From positions 1-64,000 of the forward strand of contig CAXXFL010000007.1 of NCBI GenBank assembly GCA_963674965.2: DNA of 64,000 nucleotides, read 5' to 3'. A model generated the notes under the pieces. The model worked only from the letters and a program-made list of their open reading frames with translations, was not told the DNA's origin and did not search any database. The position numbers and the translations under genes are program-made. Position 1 is the stretch's first letter. Each line of letters starts with the position of its first letter. Source of the DNA: a bacterium. Lineage in GTDB: Bacteria; RBG-13-61-14; DATKZS01. Shown one piece after another: positions 19,548 to 30,372 of this stretch.

Positions 19548-20297
19548 ATGGACTTGAACGGATACGTCTCCGTGGTGACCGGAGGAGGAAGGGGCATTGG
19601 AAGGGCCGTGGCCAGGGCCCTTAGCGGCGCGGGATCCGAGGTGGCCGTCATTTTCAGAAAGAAGCCCGAGCCCGCGGCCGAGACCGTGGCCGAGCTCGAG
19701 AGGGCCGGCCGCAGGGCCGCGGCCTACCAGTGCGACGTTTCCGACCCCGAGAGGGTGCGCGAGGTCTTCGCCGATATAAAAGGCGAGTTCGGCAAGATCG
19801 ACGTCCTTGTCAACTGCGCGGGCCTGGCGAGCTGGGGAAACTTCATTCACGACACTACCTACCTCGAGTGGGACAAGGTGATGAAGGCCAATATTTACGG
19901 CCCCTTCAACTGCATACGCGAGACTTTGCCCATTATGCGGGAGCAGAAGGGAGGCCATATCGTCAACATATCCTCCACCATTACCCGCATGAACCCGCCC
20001 AAGGGGGGGCCCTACGCCGTGGCCAAGGCCGGGCTCGAGTCTTTGACCGAGATACTCGCCAAGGAGGAGACGGGGCACAATATCCACGTCAACGCCATCG
20101 CGCCTGGCCTGGTCGAGACGGACATGGGCCGCAAGCTGGTGGGTCTTCCCGACCTGGGCAAGCTTCATAAGTCCATGCCCTTTGGCCGGGTCTGCCAGCC
20201 GGAGGACGTGGCCAACGTGGTCATGTTCCTTTTATCCGAGCGGGGAAGTTATATTCAGGGCCAGATAATCCACGTTAACGGCGGCAAGACTTTCTAA
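19548..20297 (+). CDS. Short-chain dehydrogenase/reductase
   Basis: TGGGRGIG, YAVAK and NAIAPG motifs. Confidence 0.92.
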   Translation: MDLNGYVSVVTGGGRGIGRAVARALSGAGSEVAVIFRKKPEPAAETVAELERAGRRAAAYQCDVSDPERVREVFADIKGEFGKIDVLVNCAGLASWGNFIHDTTYLEWDKVMKANIYGPFNCIRETLPIMREQKGGHIVNISSTITRMNPPKGGPYAVAKAGLESLTEILAKEETGHNIHVNAIAPGLVETDMGRKLVGLPDLGKLHKSMPFGRVCQPEDVANVVMFLLSERGSYIQGQIIHVNGGKTF

Positions 20298-20322
20298 GCG
20301 GTATGAAAGGGCGGGAACAAAA

Positions 20323-21459
20323 ATGACGAAAAAAGCATTGCTACTATCGGCGCTAGCGGCGCTTATCCTCGGCTGCGCGGTCAAGGAGTATCCGCGGCCG
20401 GTCACGAGGGGTGAAAAGGCCAGGGTGAACGTGGCCCACTCGATCGACACGGCCGGCGCCAAGACGCTGGGCGGCCTTTATAATCTGGCGACCAAAAAGG
20501 ACCGCCAGAGCCTGACCATCGATTACCAGTACTACCTTTCCCCGTCCTTTCGTGAGGACCCCCGTTCCTTTTATCCCGAGGTGACCGGTCCGCCCGAGAA
20601 GGTGTCCATGGAAAAGATCGGCGAGACGGACGAGGCCGAGGTATTCCTCATGCGATGGCCCTCCACTTACAAGCCCAGAAACCCCGCCTTTTCGCCCTAT
20701 TACGAAAAATGGCCCGAGACCCACGAGGCCTGGGCGGTTTACGTGAAGGGCAAGACCCCCAACCGGGCGGCCATTGTCGTCTCCCACGGCTGGACGGGCA
20801 AGGACCTCCACAAGGAGTACAAACGGGGCACGCGAAACCTTTTCGGCTATGAGGAGGCGGGCTACGACGCGTTGATGATCCAGCAACCATACCACGGCCT
20901 GCGAGCGCCCGAGGACGGCTTCTTCTCGGGAGAGTACTTTCTCAGCGCCGAGATTGCCCTGACCAACGAGGCCTTCGCCCAAACCGTGACCGACGCCAGG
21001 TGCGCCGCCATGTGGTTGCGCGAGCGCTACGAGGTGGTGGGCGCCGAGGGAGGGAGTCTCGGAGGCATCACTACTTTGTTGCTCGCGGCCATGGACGACA
21101 AACTCAATTTCGCCATCGCCTGGGTGCCGCCCTCCATGGTGGGAACGGTACCCATGGAATCGGCCCTGGCCCACTTCGTGGCCGACGGCTACGCCCGGGC
21201 CGGTCTCGGACGGGCCGACGTGGAGGACATTTTGTACGTGACCAATCCGGCCAACATGAAGCCGGCTATCGACAAGGAGGACATACTGATCTTCGCGGGC
21301 ATGGGCGACAACTTCGTTCCTCCCTCCCAAACCCTGGCCGTATGGGAGGCCTGGGACCGGCCCCCCATAATCTGGTTCGCGGGAGGACACGCGGTCAATT
21401 ACCAGATCAAGGACTGCCGGGAAAAGGAGCTCGAGTTTTTAATCGAGCGGCTTCCGTAA
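20323..21459 (+). CDS. Alpha/beta-hydrolase lipoprotein
   Basis: Lipobox LILGC, GGSLGG, DNFVP and GGH triad residues. Confidence 0.85.
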   Translation: MTKKALLLSALAALILGCAVKEYPRPVTRGEKARVNVAHSIDTAGAKTLGGLYNLATKKDRQSLTIDYQYYLSPSFREDPRSFYPEVTGPPEKVSMEKIGETDEAEVFLMRWPSTYKPRNPAFSPYYEKWPETHEAWAVYVKGKTPNRAAIVVSHGWTGKDLHKEYKRGTRNLFGYEEAGYDALMIQQPYHGLRAPEDGFFSGEYFLSAEIALTNEAFAQTVTDARCAAMWLRERYEVVGAEGGSLGGITTLLLAAMDDKLNFAIAWVPPSMVGTVPMESALAHFVADGYARAGLGRADVEDILYVTNPANMKPAIDKEDILIFAGMGDNFVPPSQTLAVWEAWDRPPIIWFAGGHAVNYQIKDCREKELEFLIERLP

Positions 21460-21520
21460 AGGTTAGCGAGGGCTTTACCATGGACGCGCCGCCCGTCAAA
21501 TCGTTAAAGGAGGTTCTTTC

Positions 21521-22483
21521 ATGAACAATACCACCAGGAAGCTCGGCAATAGCGCCCTTCAGGTCGGCCGCGTCGGCCTCGGATGCATGGGCATGTCGGA
21601 GTTTTACGGCGGCGCGCGCGACGAGGCGGGCCATATCAAGACCCTGCGCGCGGCCATCGACCTTGGCGTCAACTTCTTCGACACCGCCGACATGTACGGC
21701 GCGGGACACAACGAGGAACTGCTTGCCAAGGCCTTCTCGGACCGCTGGGACGAGGTGACCGTGGCCACGAAGTTCGGCGTCCGGCGGGGACCGAACGGCG
21801 AATGGCTTGGTATCAGCGGCCGTCCGGAGTACGTGAAAACGGCCTGCGAGAGGAGCCTCAAGCGTCTCGGGATCGAGGCCATCGACCTTTATTATCAGCA
21901 TCGCCCGGACCCCGAGGTTCCGGTGGAGGAAAGCGTGGGCGCCATGAAGGAGCTGGTCGGGGAAGGGAAGGTTCGCTTCATCGGCTTGAGTGAATTCTCC
22001 TCCGAGCAAATCCGCGCCGCCCACGCCGTCCATCCCGTCACCGCGCTTCAGACCGAGTATTCGCTCTGGAGCCGGGACGTGGAGGAGGGGATACTGGATA
22101 CCTGCCGCGAGCTGGGCATAGCCTTCGTCGCCTACGCGCCGCTGGGCCGCGGCTTCCTCACCGGCGCGATCCCGAGTCGTGACTCGCTCGACGCGAACGA
22201 CTGGCGCCTCGAAAACCCGCGCTTTTGCGAGGAGGCCCTGGCCGAGAACGCCCGCTTCGTTGAATTGATTGGCGACCTGGCCGCCGAAAAGGGCGCGACC
22301 AGGGCCCAGGTGGCCCTGGCCTGGGTGCTGGCCCAGGGGGAAGATATCTTCACCATCCCCGGCACGCGCCGCGTCGAGCGGCTTTCGGAAAACCTCGGCG
22401 CCCTGGACGTCCGCTTCACCGCCGAGGAACTATCCCAAATCCGAGGCCGCCTCCCCCGAGAGACGGCCGGGGCGCGTTATTGA
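21521..22483 (+). CDS. Aldo/keto reductase
   Basis: [20 protein letters not shown] and IDLYYQH motifs. Confidence 0.95.
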   Translation: MNNTTRKLGNSALQVGRVGLGCMGMSEFYGGARDEAGHIKTLRAAIDLGVNFFDTADMYGAGHNEELLAKAFSDRWDEVTVATKFGVRRGPNGEWLGISGRPEYVKTACERSLKRLGIEAIDLYYQHRPDPEVPVEESVGAMKELVGEGKVRFIGLSEFSSEQIRAAHAVHPVTALQTEYSLWSRDVEEGILDTCRELGIAFVAYAPLGRGFLTGAIPSRDSLDANDWRLENPRFCEEALAENARFVELIGDLAAEKGATRAQVALAWVLAQGEDIFTIPGTRRVERLSENLGALDVRFTAEELSQIRGRLPRETAGARY

Positions 22484-22639
22484 TAGTGGAGAGGAATCAT
22501 TTAAGATATTATGTAGGAGTAGAGTTCAAGCTTTGGTCGTGAGGTGATTATTGAGGATCGCTTCAGAATTGTCCGTCACGTGATACGGGACGCCTGCGGT
22601 TTTTGGCAAAACCGATAACGCCGGCGTTTTGGAGGCATT

Positions 22640-23002
22640 ATGAAATTCCCTGTAAAAAAAGACGTCATTACTATACTTGCTGGGTTACTTTTCTTCTGTT
22701 CTTGCGTTGTCGCGCCTTTTATATATGATGAATACTTCCCTCTTTTGAAATACAAAAAAGGCATGAACAAATCGGAGATAGTAATGATATATTCATCTCA
22801 CGGCCTTAATAAATTATATGAATTCAATGGACCAATGAAAAAGATAGAATTGCGTCGTGAAGGCCGCCAATTACCTAAGCGCCATCTTAAAGATGATGAA
22901 AGCCTACTTGTAATCGCGGAGCAACGTTATATTATCTCATATTTGTATTTTGATAAAAATGGTATATTAATCTACAAGGATTCATGTCCACAAAGATCTT
23001 AA
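22640..23002 (+). CDS. AT-rich hypothetical membrane-anchored protein
   Basis: N-terminal hydrophobic stretch; no family recognised. Confidence 0.5.
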   Translation: MKFPVKKDVITILAGLLFFCSCVVAPFIYDEYFPLLKYKKGMNKSEIVMIYSSHGLNKLYEFNGPMKKIELRREGRQLPKRHLKDDESLLVIAEQRYIISYLYFDKNGILIYKDSCPQRS

Positions 23003-23081
23003 TGCTAATTTCATAGTCGATTTATTCATGATTCTGGGTAGTTTTACAATTGGCAACACATAGCTTGTCGAGCAAATAACG

Positions 23082-23666
23082 ATGGGATGGATTGAAGTTG
23101 CCGCTGCCGTATTTGGGCTGATATGTGTTCTATTATACATACGTCAGAATGTTCTATCGTGGCCCACTGGCCTGGTTCAGGTAATCCTATTTATATATAT
23201 TTTCTACCAGGTCAAGTTGTATTCAGACCTCATTTTACATATTATCTACGTAATTCTTCAGATTTACGGTTGGTATTATTGGGTTTATGGCGGGAAAGAT
23301 AAAACTGAGCCGAAGGTTACCTTGCTAAGGCCCGTTCATATTTTATTCTGGGTTATAGTCAGCGTTGTCGGGACACTTTTATGGGGATTATTGATGGATA
23401 GAATGACTGACGCGTCCCTTCCATATCCGGATGCATTTACAACCGTAATAAGCCTTATCGCGCAGTGGCTTCTGGCCAAAAAGAAACTAGAATCATGGGC
23501 GTTTTGGGTGCTTGTTGATATTGCGGCCATCGGTATTTACTTTTACAAGGAATTGTACGTAACTTCAATTTTATATAGTTGTTTCTTGATATTGGCGATG
23601 GCGGGTTTCTTTGCCTGGAGGAAGAGTTATCTGCTTGACAAGACCGAGAATGGGGAGGGCCAATGA
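23082..23666 (+). CDS. pnuC: Nicotinamide riboside transporter PnuC
   Basis: [14 protein letters not shown] and [13 protein letters not shown] motifs. Confidence 0.92.
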   Translation: MGWIEVAAAVFGLICVLLYIRQNVLSWPTGLVQVILFIYIFYQVKLYSDLILHIIYVILQIYGWYYWVYGGKDKTEPKVTLLRPVHILFWVIVSVVGTLLWGLLMDRMTDASLPYPDAFTTVISLIAQWLLAKKKLESWAFWVLVDIAAIGIYFYKELYVTSILYSCFLILAMAGFFAWRKSYLLDKTENGEGQ

Positions 23667-24634
23667 AGACGGGCCTTACGCTGGGAAAATTTGCGCCGCT
23701 GCATAAGGGACATCAACTGCTCATAGAAACGGCCCTGGGGGAAACGGATCATTTAATTTTAATGATATATGATTGTCACGACACGACTGATATTCCTCTT
23801 AACGTCAGGTCTTCGTGGATAAAAGACCTATACCCGGAAATCGAACTTATTGAATGCCGGGACGGTCCTCTCGAGGTTGGAGATACTCCTGAGATAAAGA
23901 ATATGCAAGATGATTACATCCTGAAAATTCTCAAAGATCGAAAGATCGACGTCTTCTTTTCAAGCGAATTTTATGGCGATCACGTTAGCAAAGCGCTTAA
24001 CGCGGTCGATAGAAGAGTGGACCCGGACAGAAAACAATTTCCCGTTTCAGGCAGTCTGATTCGAGAAGACCCATTCCGCTATAGAGAATATCTCCACCAT
24101 CGCGTCTATCGGGACCACATAAAAAATATTGTCTTTCTAGGTGGGCCTTCAACCGGTAAAACTACTATCACACGGAAGATGGCCGAGGAATATAACACGG
24201 TCTGGGTGCCTGAATATGGAAGGGAATACTGGGTAAAGTATCAAGTTAGCAGAAAGCTCACTCTCGAGCAGCTTGTGGAGATAGCGACGGGTCACATTGA
24301 AAGAGAGGACCGGCTGATAATTCGGGCAAACAAGTATCTATTCACCGACACGAATGCCCTTACCACTTCTTTATTTTCGATTTATTACTGGGATAAAGTA
24401 CATCCAGATCTTATGAAAATCGCCGATGAAGCCCGCCAGAGATATGACGTTACATTTCTCTGTGATAAAGACATACCTTTTGAGGATACATGGGACAGGT
24501 CCGGCGAAGTTCAGCGTGACGTTTTTCAGAAAATTACGATCGATGATTTAAATGACAGGGATATTCAATATACTACGATAAAAGGGACCGTTACTGAAAG
24601 GATGGATCAAATCAAAAAGATACTGAACGCGTGA
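23663..24634 (+). CDS. nadR: NadR-like bifunctional NMN adenylyltransferase / ribosylnicotinamide kinase (no HTH)
   Basis: [11 protein letters not shown]-loop [14 protein letters not shown] and FTDT; ATGA overlap with pnuC. Confidence 0.88.
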   Translation: MKTGLTLGKFAPLHKGHQLLIETALGETDHLILMIYDCHDTTDIPLNVRSSWIKDLYPEIELIECRDGPLEVGDTPEIKNMQDDYILKILKDRKIDVFFSSEFYGDHVSKALNAVDRRVDPDRKQFPVSGSLIREDPFRYREYLHHRVYRDHIKNIVFLGGPSTGKTTITRKMAEEYNTVWVPEYGREYWVKYQVSRKLTLEQLVEIATGHIEREDRLIIRANKYLFTDTNALTTSLFSIYYWDKVHPDLMKIADEARQRYDVTFLCDKDIPFEDTWDRSGEVQRDVFQKITIDDLNDRDIQYTTIKGTVTERMDQIKKILNA

Positions 24635-24714
24635 AAAGTAACCCGTACCAGAAGGCGAGGCGGCGCATATCAGAGTTGAGCTTTTTCCCGTTGCCCACGA
24701 GAGGGAATATCAAG

Positions 24715-25110
24715 ATGAAGAAAAGGTATATCATCGCAACAATTATATTGGCGGTTTTGGCAACTTTAGTTTTTATCCTGCCTTTATTGCTTTTACGATT
24801 TGATGATAATGACGACGGCGTCACTGACCTGGTGATTTATACCGATGGCTTTTCCATAATAAAGCGAATGGATTTTGATGGCGACGGGATTTTCGACTAC
24901 AAGGAATATAATTATCTGACTGGCGGCCAAATAAAATATTTCCTTGTTCTGAATGAGAAATTTAACAACCTTACTATTACCCAGCACTATGTGGACGGCC
25001 AAGTCTGTAGTATCAAATCTGGACAGAGATGCCCAAAAAGAAAAGTGAAATTGAGAAAAACTACATGGGAACTTGATTCGGAAATAATTTTCGGAACGGG
25101 ACGTTGGTAA
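24715..25110 (+). CDS. Hypothetical membrane-anchored protein with DxDxDG-like motifs, possibly degenerate
   Basis: TM segment followed by DDNDDGVTD and DFDGDGIFD. Confidence 0.5.
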   Translation: MKKRYIIATIILAVLATLVFILPLLLLRFDDNDDGVTDLVIYTDGFSIIKRMDFDGDGIFDYKEYNYLTGGQIKYFLVLNEKFNNLTITQHYVDGQVCSIKSGQRCPKRKVKLRKTTWELDSEIIFGTGRW

Positions 25111-25667
25111 TCGAGCGCCTTGAAATCATCAGGGGCCGGCTGGTCGCTTTCGAACCTGGCCTCCATGCCGCGGCTGAACCTCTTTACTTATCGGGATTTG
25201 ACGGAATGGCTGCACAATCCCTTCGGCGTGGAGCCGATCGTGCCCAAACCCGAGCAACTATATCTTCCCATCAGCGGTCTTGGACAGCCCCGGCGGGAAA
25301 AAAAGGGATAACCTCAACCTGGAAACCCATAGTCTGACCATCCAAACCCCCGTTTTATAATGGGGCAAAGGCAAGGTCCGTCCTATTTTGGACAGCAGTG
25401 ATTTGAAAAGTTGGTTTTCGCAGCTAATGAAACCTAGATTTTCTTAGCCTGCGGCTTCGCCGCCCACGCATGAATGCGATGGGCGAACCTGACGTGACCC
25501 GTTTGGCGACCCTCGAAATACGCGGCCTATTGGGAAGACAAATCTTCACGCCTCGCCTCCCCGTTCCCCTTCCTTCAGCCTCCCGATTGCCTCTTTCCCT
25601 AGAGGGTAGTATTTTCTGATAGGGGATCCTGGCCGGGAGGTGGCGGGATTTCCCGGGAGCGAGCCAG

Positions 25668-26672
25668 GTGACGATAAAAGGAGTCATAAAAAAACTGCCC
25701 GGGTTCTGGGTGGCCAGGTTGGCGAGGGACCAGCTCAGGCTGAGGTATGGGGAGCCGAGGCGAAAGCTTCGCGTGACGGCCGGGCCACCGCCCATCCTCA
25801 TGCTCGAGTCGTCATCCTTTTGCAACCTGCGCTGCGAGAAGTGCGCCCATAAAACCAGCCCCAGGAAAAGAGGCAACATGGACACGGCCCTGGCCCTCGA
25901 GCTCATCGGGCAGGCGGGAGAGATGGGCATTAAGCGCGTGTGCCTTTCCATGCTGGGTGAGCCGCTCATGCATCCCGACCTGGACAAGATGGCGGCGCGG
26001 GCGGCCGAGCTGGGCCTCAAGCCCTACCTCGTGACCAACGCCCAGCTTCTGACTCCCGAGCTGGGATCGAGGCTGATCGAGTCGGGCCTGGACCAGATGG
26101 TGGTATCGGTTGACGGATGGGACGGCCCTTCTTACGAGTCCCGCCAGGCGGGGGCGAGGATGGACCGGCTGATGGAGAACCTCGAGGCTTTCAAGGCGGC
26201 CCGGGGCGAGGCGAAAAGGCCGCTCCTGGCCTCGGTCACCGTCCTGGACGCGGGGTCCCGCGCCCGGCTGGACGAGGTCCGGGGACTTCTCGCGCCGGTA
26301 TTCGACGACCTGCGGCTGATGCCGCTCACGGATTTCGGGACTCCGGGGGGTGAGGTCGATCCGAGGCTCCTGCCGGGAGTGAAGTCCTGGAAACGGGCCG
26401 CCTGCGGCAACCCCTTCAGCGTGCTCAGCGTGGGGTGGGACGGCCGGGTCACGGCCTGCTGCAACGACCATCACTTCCTGCTCGAGTACGGCGACGCGAC
26501 CAGGCGGCCACTGGCGGATATCTGGATGGACGACCGGATAAAAGAGATTCGGAGAAAACATCTGGAGGGAAACCTGGCCGGCGTTCCCCTTTGTGAGAAG
26601 TGCACTTACGACTGGGCCAACTCGGTGGCTTTTTATTTGCTGCGCCGCCGCTTCAAAGGAGAGCGCGATTAA
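25668..26672 (+). CDS. Radical SAM/SPASM protein
   Basis: CNLRCEKC, GEPL and C-terminal C..ACC..CEKC. Confidence 0.9.
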   Translation: MTIKGVIKKLPGFWVARLARDQLRLRYGEPRRKLRVTAGPPPILMLESSSFCNLRCEKCAHKTSPRKRGNMDTALALELIGQAGEMGIKRVCLSMLGEPLMHPDLDKMAARAAELGLKPYLVTNAQLLTPELGSRLIESGLDQMVVSVDGWDGPSYESRQAGARMDRLMENLEAFKAARGEAKRPLLASVTVLDAGSRARLDEVRGLLAPVFDDLRLMPLTDFGTPGGEVDPRLLPGVKSWKRAACGNPFSVLSVGWDGRVTACCNDHHFLLEYGDATRRPLADIWMDDRIKEIRRKHLEGNLAGVPLCEKCTYDWANSVAFYLLRRRFKGERD

Positions 26673-26794
26673 AAGGACGCCCCGATTAATGGGACGCCCG
26701 ACAAAACCCGGTCTGGGAAAACCCGGCCTTGCCCATGGCGGCGGCCCGGTGATAGAATAGCCAGGTTTTTCGAGTGCAAAGGCGATATCGATAG

Positions 26795-27565
26795 ATGTTA
26801 GTAACCATTCTTGGATGCGGCACCTCGACGGGAGTGCCGGTGGTCGGGTGTCCATGCGACGTGTGCTCGAGCGGTGACCCGAGGAATTTCAGGACCAGGT
26901 CGTCCATCGTCGTGAGCAAGGCGGGAGCCAACGTCTTGGTGGACACGGCCCCGGACCTCCGTATGCAGGCCCTTCAAACGGGGTTGGTCAAGATCGACGC
27001 GGTCCTTTACACCCACGATCACGCGGACCACATCTTCGGCATGGACGAGCTAAGGACGTTTAACTTCATCATGGGAAGGGCCATCCCCGTGTACGGGAAC
27101 GAAAGGGTGATCAGCCGGATCAAGACGGTGTTCAATTACGTTTGGGACCCGGGCGCGCCCAAGGGTGGAGGGTTGCCCATGATCCAGCCCCACGTGCTGG
27201 ACGGCCCCCTCGAGCTGGGCGGCATGAAGGTCACGCCGCTTCCGCTTCTCCACGGCGAGCAGATCATTCTCGGGTTCAAGTTCGACGACAAGGCGGCCTA
27301 TTTGACCGACTGCAGCGCCGTGCCGGACGAGACCATCGAGGCCGCGCGGGGCCTTCCCCTCGTGATCATCGACGCCCTGCGCTACCGGCCCCACACGACG
27401 CACTTCAGCGTGGACGGGGCCATGGAGGCCCTCGAGCGCATGAAGCCGAGGCGGGCGCTCCTTACCCACCTCAGCCACAGCCTGGACTATGACCGGCTCC
27501 GCTCCGAGCTGCCCGACTGGTGCGAGCCGGCCTATGACGGGCTTACCGTCGAGCTGGAGGATTGA
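26795..27565 (+). CDS. MBL-fold hydrolase, PhnP-like
   Basis: GCGTSTGVP, THDHADH, YLTD and LTHLSH motifs. Confidence 0.9.
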   Translation: MLVTILGCGTSTGVPVVGCPCDVCSSGDPRNFRTRSSIVVSKAGANVLVDTAPDLRMQALQTGLVKIDAVLYTHDHADHIFGMDELRTFNFIMGRAIPVYGNERVISRIKTVFNYVWDPGAPKGGGLPMIQPHVLDGPLELGGMKVTPLPLLHGEQIILGFKFDDKAAYLTDCSAVPDETIEAARGLPLVIIDALRYRPHTTHFSVDGAMEALERMKPRRALLTHLSHSLDYDRLRSELPDWCEPAYDGLTVELED

Positions 27566-27566
27566 G

Positions 27567-28706
27567 ATGATTGTCGGGTCGCCCAAGGAAATAAAAGTCG
27601 AGGAATACCGGGTGGGCCTCGTGCCCTCCGGGGCCAGGTCGCTTGTAAGGGCGGGCCACGAGGTGGTCGTCGAGTCGGGGGCCGGCCTGGGCGCGGGCTA
27701 CAGCGACGACGACTACATCCAAGCGGGGGCGGAGGTCCTGCCCAAGGCCTCGCAGGTCTGGGAGCGGGCCGAGATGATAGTGAAGGTCAAGGAGCCTCAG
27801 CCGGCGGAGTACGATTTGCTCGCCCGGGGCAAGACCCTCCTTTGCTACCTGCACCTGGCGGCCGAGCCCGAGCTGGCCAGGGCCCTGATCGATAAAAAGG
27901 TCATGGCCATCGCCCTCGAGACCATACAGACCGACGACGGGCTTTTGCCCTGCCTCATGCCCATGAGCGAGATAGCCGGGCGCATGTCGGTCCAGGTGGG
28001 GGCCAGATACCTTATGCGGGACCACGGCGGACCCGGCATACTGCTGGGCGGCGTGCCGGGCGTTCCTCCCTGCGAGGTGCTCGTGCTGGGGGGAGGGACG
28101 GCCGGGACCAACGCGGCTCGGCTGGCCTCGGGCATGGGCGCCCACGTCCGTATCATGGACCTTAACCTGGGCAGGCTCGTGTACCTGGACGAGGTGTTCG
28201 GGGGAAGGATCACCACGGTCATGAGCGACGAGCACAATATCGAGCGCTACGTTCCCGAGGCCGACCTGCTGATCGGGGCGGTCCTGGTCCCGGGCGACCG
28301 GGCGCCGGTGCTGGTAACCAACTCCCTCGTCGAGAAGATGAGGCCCGGGTCGGTGATCGTGGACATAGCCGTCGACCAGGGAGGGTGCGTCGAGACCATC
28401 AAGCCCACCACCCACGTGGACCCCGTCTACCGCGTCCACGGCGTGACCCATTACGGCGTGGCCAACATGCCGGGGGCCGTGCCCAGGACCAGCACCCACG
28501 CCCTGGCCAACGCCACCTTGCCCTACGCCATCAAGATAGCTAACCTAGGCGTAAGGCGGGCCCTGCGCGACGTCGCGCCCCTCAGGAAGGGACTCAACGT
28601 GGGCTCGCCCCCCGGCGATGACGAAAGCGCGCTCACCTGCGAGGCGGCGGCCAGGTACCTGGGACTTCCCTATTTGCCCGCCGAGGAATGCGTGACGGAA
28701 AGTTAA
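27567..28706 (+). CDS. ald: Alanine dehydrogenase
   Basis: PKEIKVEEYRVG, PMSEIAG, DIAVDQGG and VANMPGAVPRTST motifs. Confidence 0.95.
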   Translation: MIVGSPKEIKVEEYRVGLVPSGARSLVRAGHEVVVESGAGLGAGYSDDDYIQAGAEVLPKASQVWERAEMIVKVKEPQPAEYDLLARGKTLLCYLHLAAEPELARALIDKKVMAIALETIQTDDGLLPCLMPMSEIAGRMSVQVGARYLMRDHGGPGILLGGVPGVPPCEVLVLGGGTAGTNAARLASGMGAHVRIMDLNLGRLVYLDEVFGGRITTVMSDEHNIERYVPEADLLIGAVLVPGDRAPVLVTNSLVEKMRPGSVIVDIAVDQGGCVETIKPTTHVDPVYRVHGVTHYGVANMPGAVPRTSTHALANATLPYAIKIANLGVRRALRDVAPLRKGLNVGSPPGDDESALTCEAAARYLGLPYLPAEECVTES

Positions 28707-28718
28707 GGAGAGTCTTTT

Positions 28719-29816
28719 TTGATGGAGGCGAAGGTCAGGAAAAGAAGGGTCCTGGTGGTCGAGCCGGACGACGACTTCAACTCGATGCTGGTCGATTTTC
28801 TCGAGGCCCAGCGCTTCGACGTGAAAACGGCCCATACCGGAGACGACGGGTTCGAGGCCTTCAAGGACTTCGCGCCGGACATCATCCTTTTGTCCCGCGA
28901 GTTGCCCATGGAAGACGGCGCCATTGGGCCGGACGGACTGCGCCTTCTCAAGTCCATCAAGCAAAACGGAGACTCGAGGGCTCCCGTGATCCTCATGTCC
29001 GAGTCAGCCACCGAGCGCGACTTTGACCGCTATAGAAAGCTCAAGTTCACGGCCGACGACTACATCAAGAAGCCCTTCGAGGACACCGAGGTATTAAGAA
29101 GGATCGAGAACTTCGTGGGCTTCGACCTGTCCGAGGGGGTGGACCATTTAAAGACCAACATCAAGGGCATCATCGGCGGTGAGGACCTGGGGGTGGGCGC
29201 TTCCTCGGCCACCCGCCTCGAGGTGAGCAAGCTCCTCGAGCAGGTGGGCAAGGAACTCGAGCGCCAGGAGGACGAATTCAGCGACGAGGAGGCCGAGGTC
29301 CAACGAGAGGCGATCGAGGAGGAGATCGAGGAGGAATCGGACGCCCCCGCTTCACTGGAGGACGAAAACGAGGAACTAAGGGCCGAGATACGGGAACTGA
29401 AAAGGAAAATGGAGGCCCTGCAAAAGAAACTGGTCAGCGAGAGAAAAAGGTCGCGCGACATCAAGCGGGAATGGAAATCGCGTCTGACCGAGATCGAGTC
29501 CGAGCTCTCCGAGTCCGAGGAAAGGGAGGAACGGATACGGGACGAGGTCGAGTCCATGCGCGAGAAGTTCGCGGACATGGAACTCGATCACACCATGGAA
29601 CTCGAGCGGTCCAACGCCGAGCGGCGGCGCCTGCAAGAGGAACTCGAGGCCATCCGCCTAAAGGACGAGAAAAGAGACAAGTCCGAGGCCAAGCTTCTCA
29701 AGAACCTGAAAAAGGTGACCCAGGCCCTCGATAAGATAGTCGCCGGCGTCGAGGAAAAATCATCCTCCCCCCTCAAAAAGGACCCCGAGGAAGACGAAAG
29801 CCCCGAGGATGATTGA
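28719..29816 (+). CDS. Atypical receiver domain + coiled-coil protein
   Basis: N-terminal REC fold (VLVVE, PDIILLS, DDYIKKPF) and an E/K/R-rich heptad C-terminus. Confidence 0.8.
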   Translation: MMEAKVRKRRVLVVEPDDDFNSMLVDFLEAQRFDVKTAHTGDDGFEAFKDFAPDIILLSRELPMEDGAIGPDGLRLLKSIKQNGDSRAPVILMSESATERDFDRYRKLKFTADDYIKKPFEDTEVLRRIENFVGFDLSEGVDHLKTNIKGIIGGEDLGVGASSATRLEVSKLLEQVGKELERQEDEFSDEEAEVQREAIEEEIEEESDAPASLEDENEELRAEIRELKRKMEALQKKLVSERKRSRDIKREWKSRLTEIESELSESEEREERIRDEVESMREKFADMELDHTMELERSNAERRRLQEELEAIRLKDEKRDKSEAKLLKNLKKVTQALDKIVAGVEEKSSSPLKKDPEEDESPEDD

Positions 29817-29924
29817 AAAGGTCAGGCGAACAAAATAATATCGACGCGGTCTTTAGGTTTGGCGCCGGAAAAAACGAGACTCTTTATTGACTTCGATTTA
29901 TCTCAACGAGATGGGGCAACCCCG

Positions 29925-30102
29925 GGCCCGGATAGCTTTGCTATCTGGGCGCCGAAGGCGTGAGAAAGGGGGCGACGATACGCCGGGCGCGTACATATCA
30001 ATCCAACGGCTTGCGCCGCGCGGATAGGCGAGCTATCCGCGCCACCCCGCGACGCCAAAACCCGGATGGCCCGGATAGCTCGCTATCTGGGCGCCGAAGG
30101 CG
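29925..30102. repeat. Cluster of three REP-like palindromes
   Basis: GCCCGGATAGC..GCTATCTGGGC-GCCGAAGGCG at 29925 and 30068; related inverted unit at 30018-30042. Confidence 0.75.
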
Positions 30103-30372
30103 CGGGAAAGCAGCGAGCAATTTTCTTACGATCGTTAAATTACGCGTCTTGGTTTTGCATGCCCAAGCCGGCATGACCCGTCTTTTTCATTATCCAATTT
30201 ACCTCCTGTTTTTAGTTACTTATATCGTTATCCCCCTTATGGTCTTTTTTACCGTCCGTTTGTTTTCTTGACACCCGTGAGGGAACGTGCAAGAATTTGA
30301 CGTCGATTAAGGGCAAGGAAACGATTCGGCAAACTTTTATTCCAACCAATAATTTACCAAGGAGGTAGTATC

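Noticed and set aside
22484-25340. Possible integron cassette array
   Set aside because: No convincing attC (RYYYAAC..GTTRRRY) structures and no integrase found by eye.
29925-30102. Possible CRISPR array
   Set aside because: Mixed orientation, irregular spacing, only three units, and no cas genes.
29960-30271. 103-aa ORF across the repeat cluster, and similar ORFs across the MITE at 32050-32352
   Set aside because: They are translations of palindromic repeats with no protein-like features.
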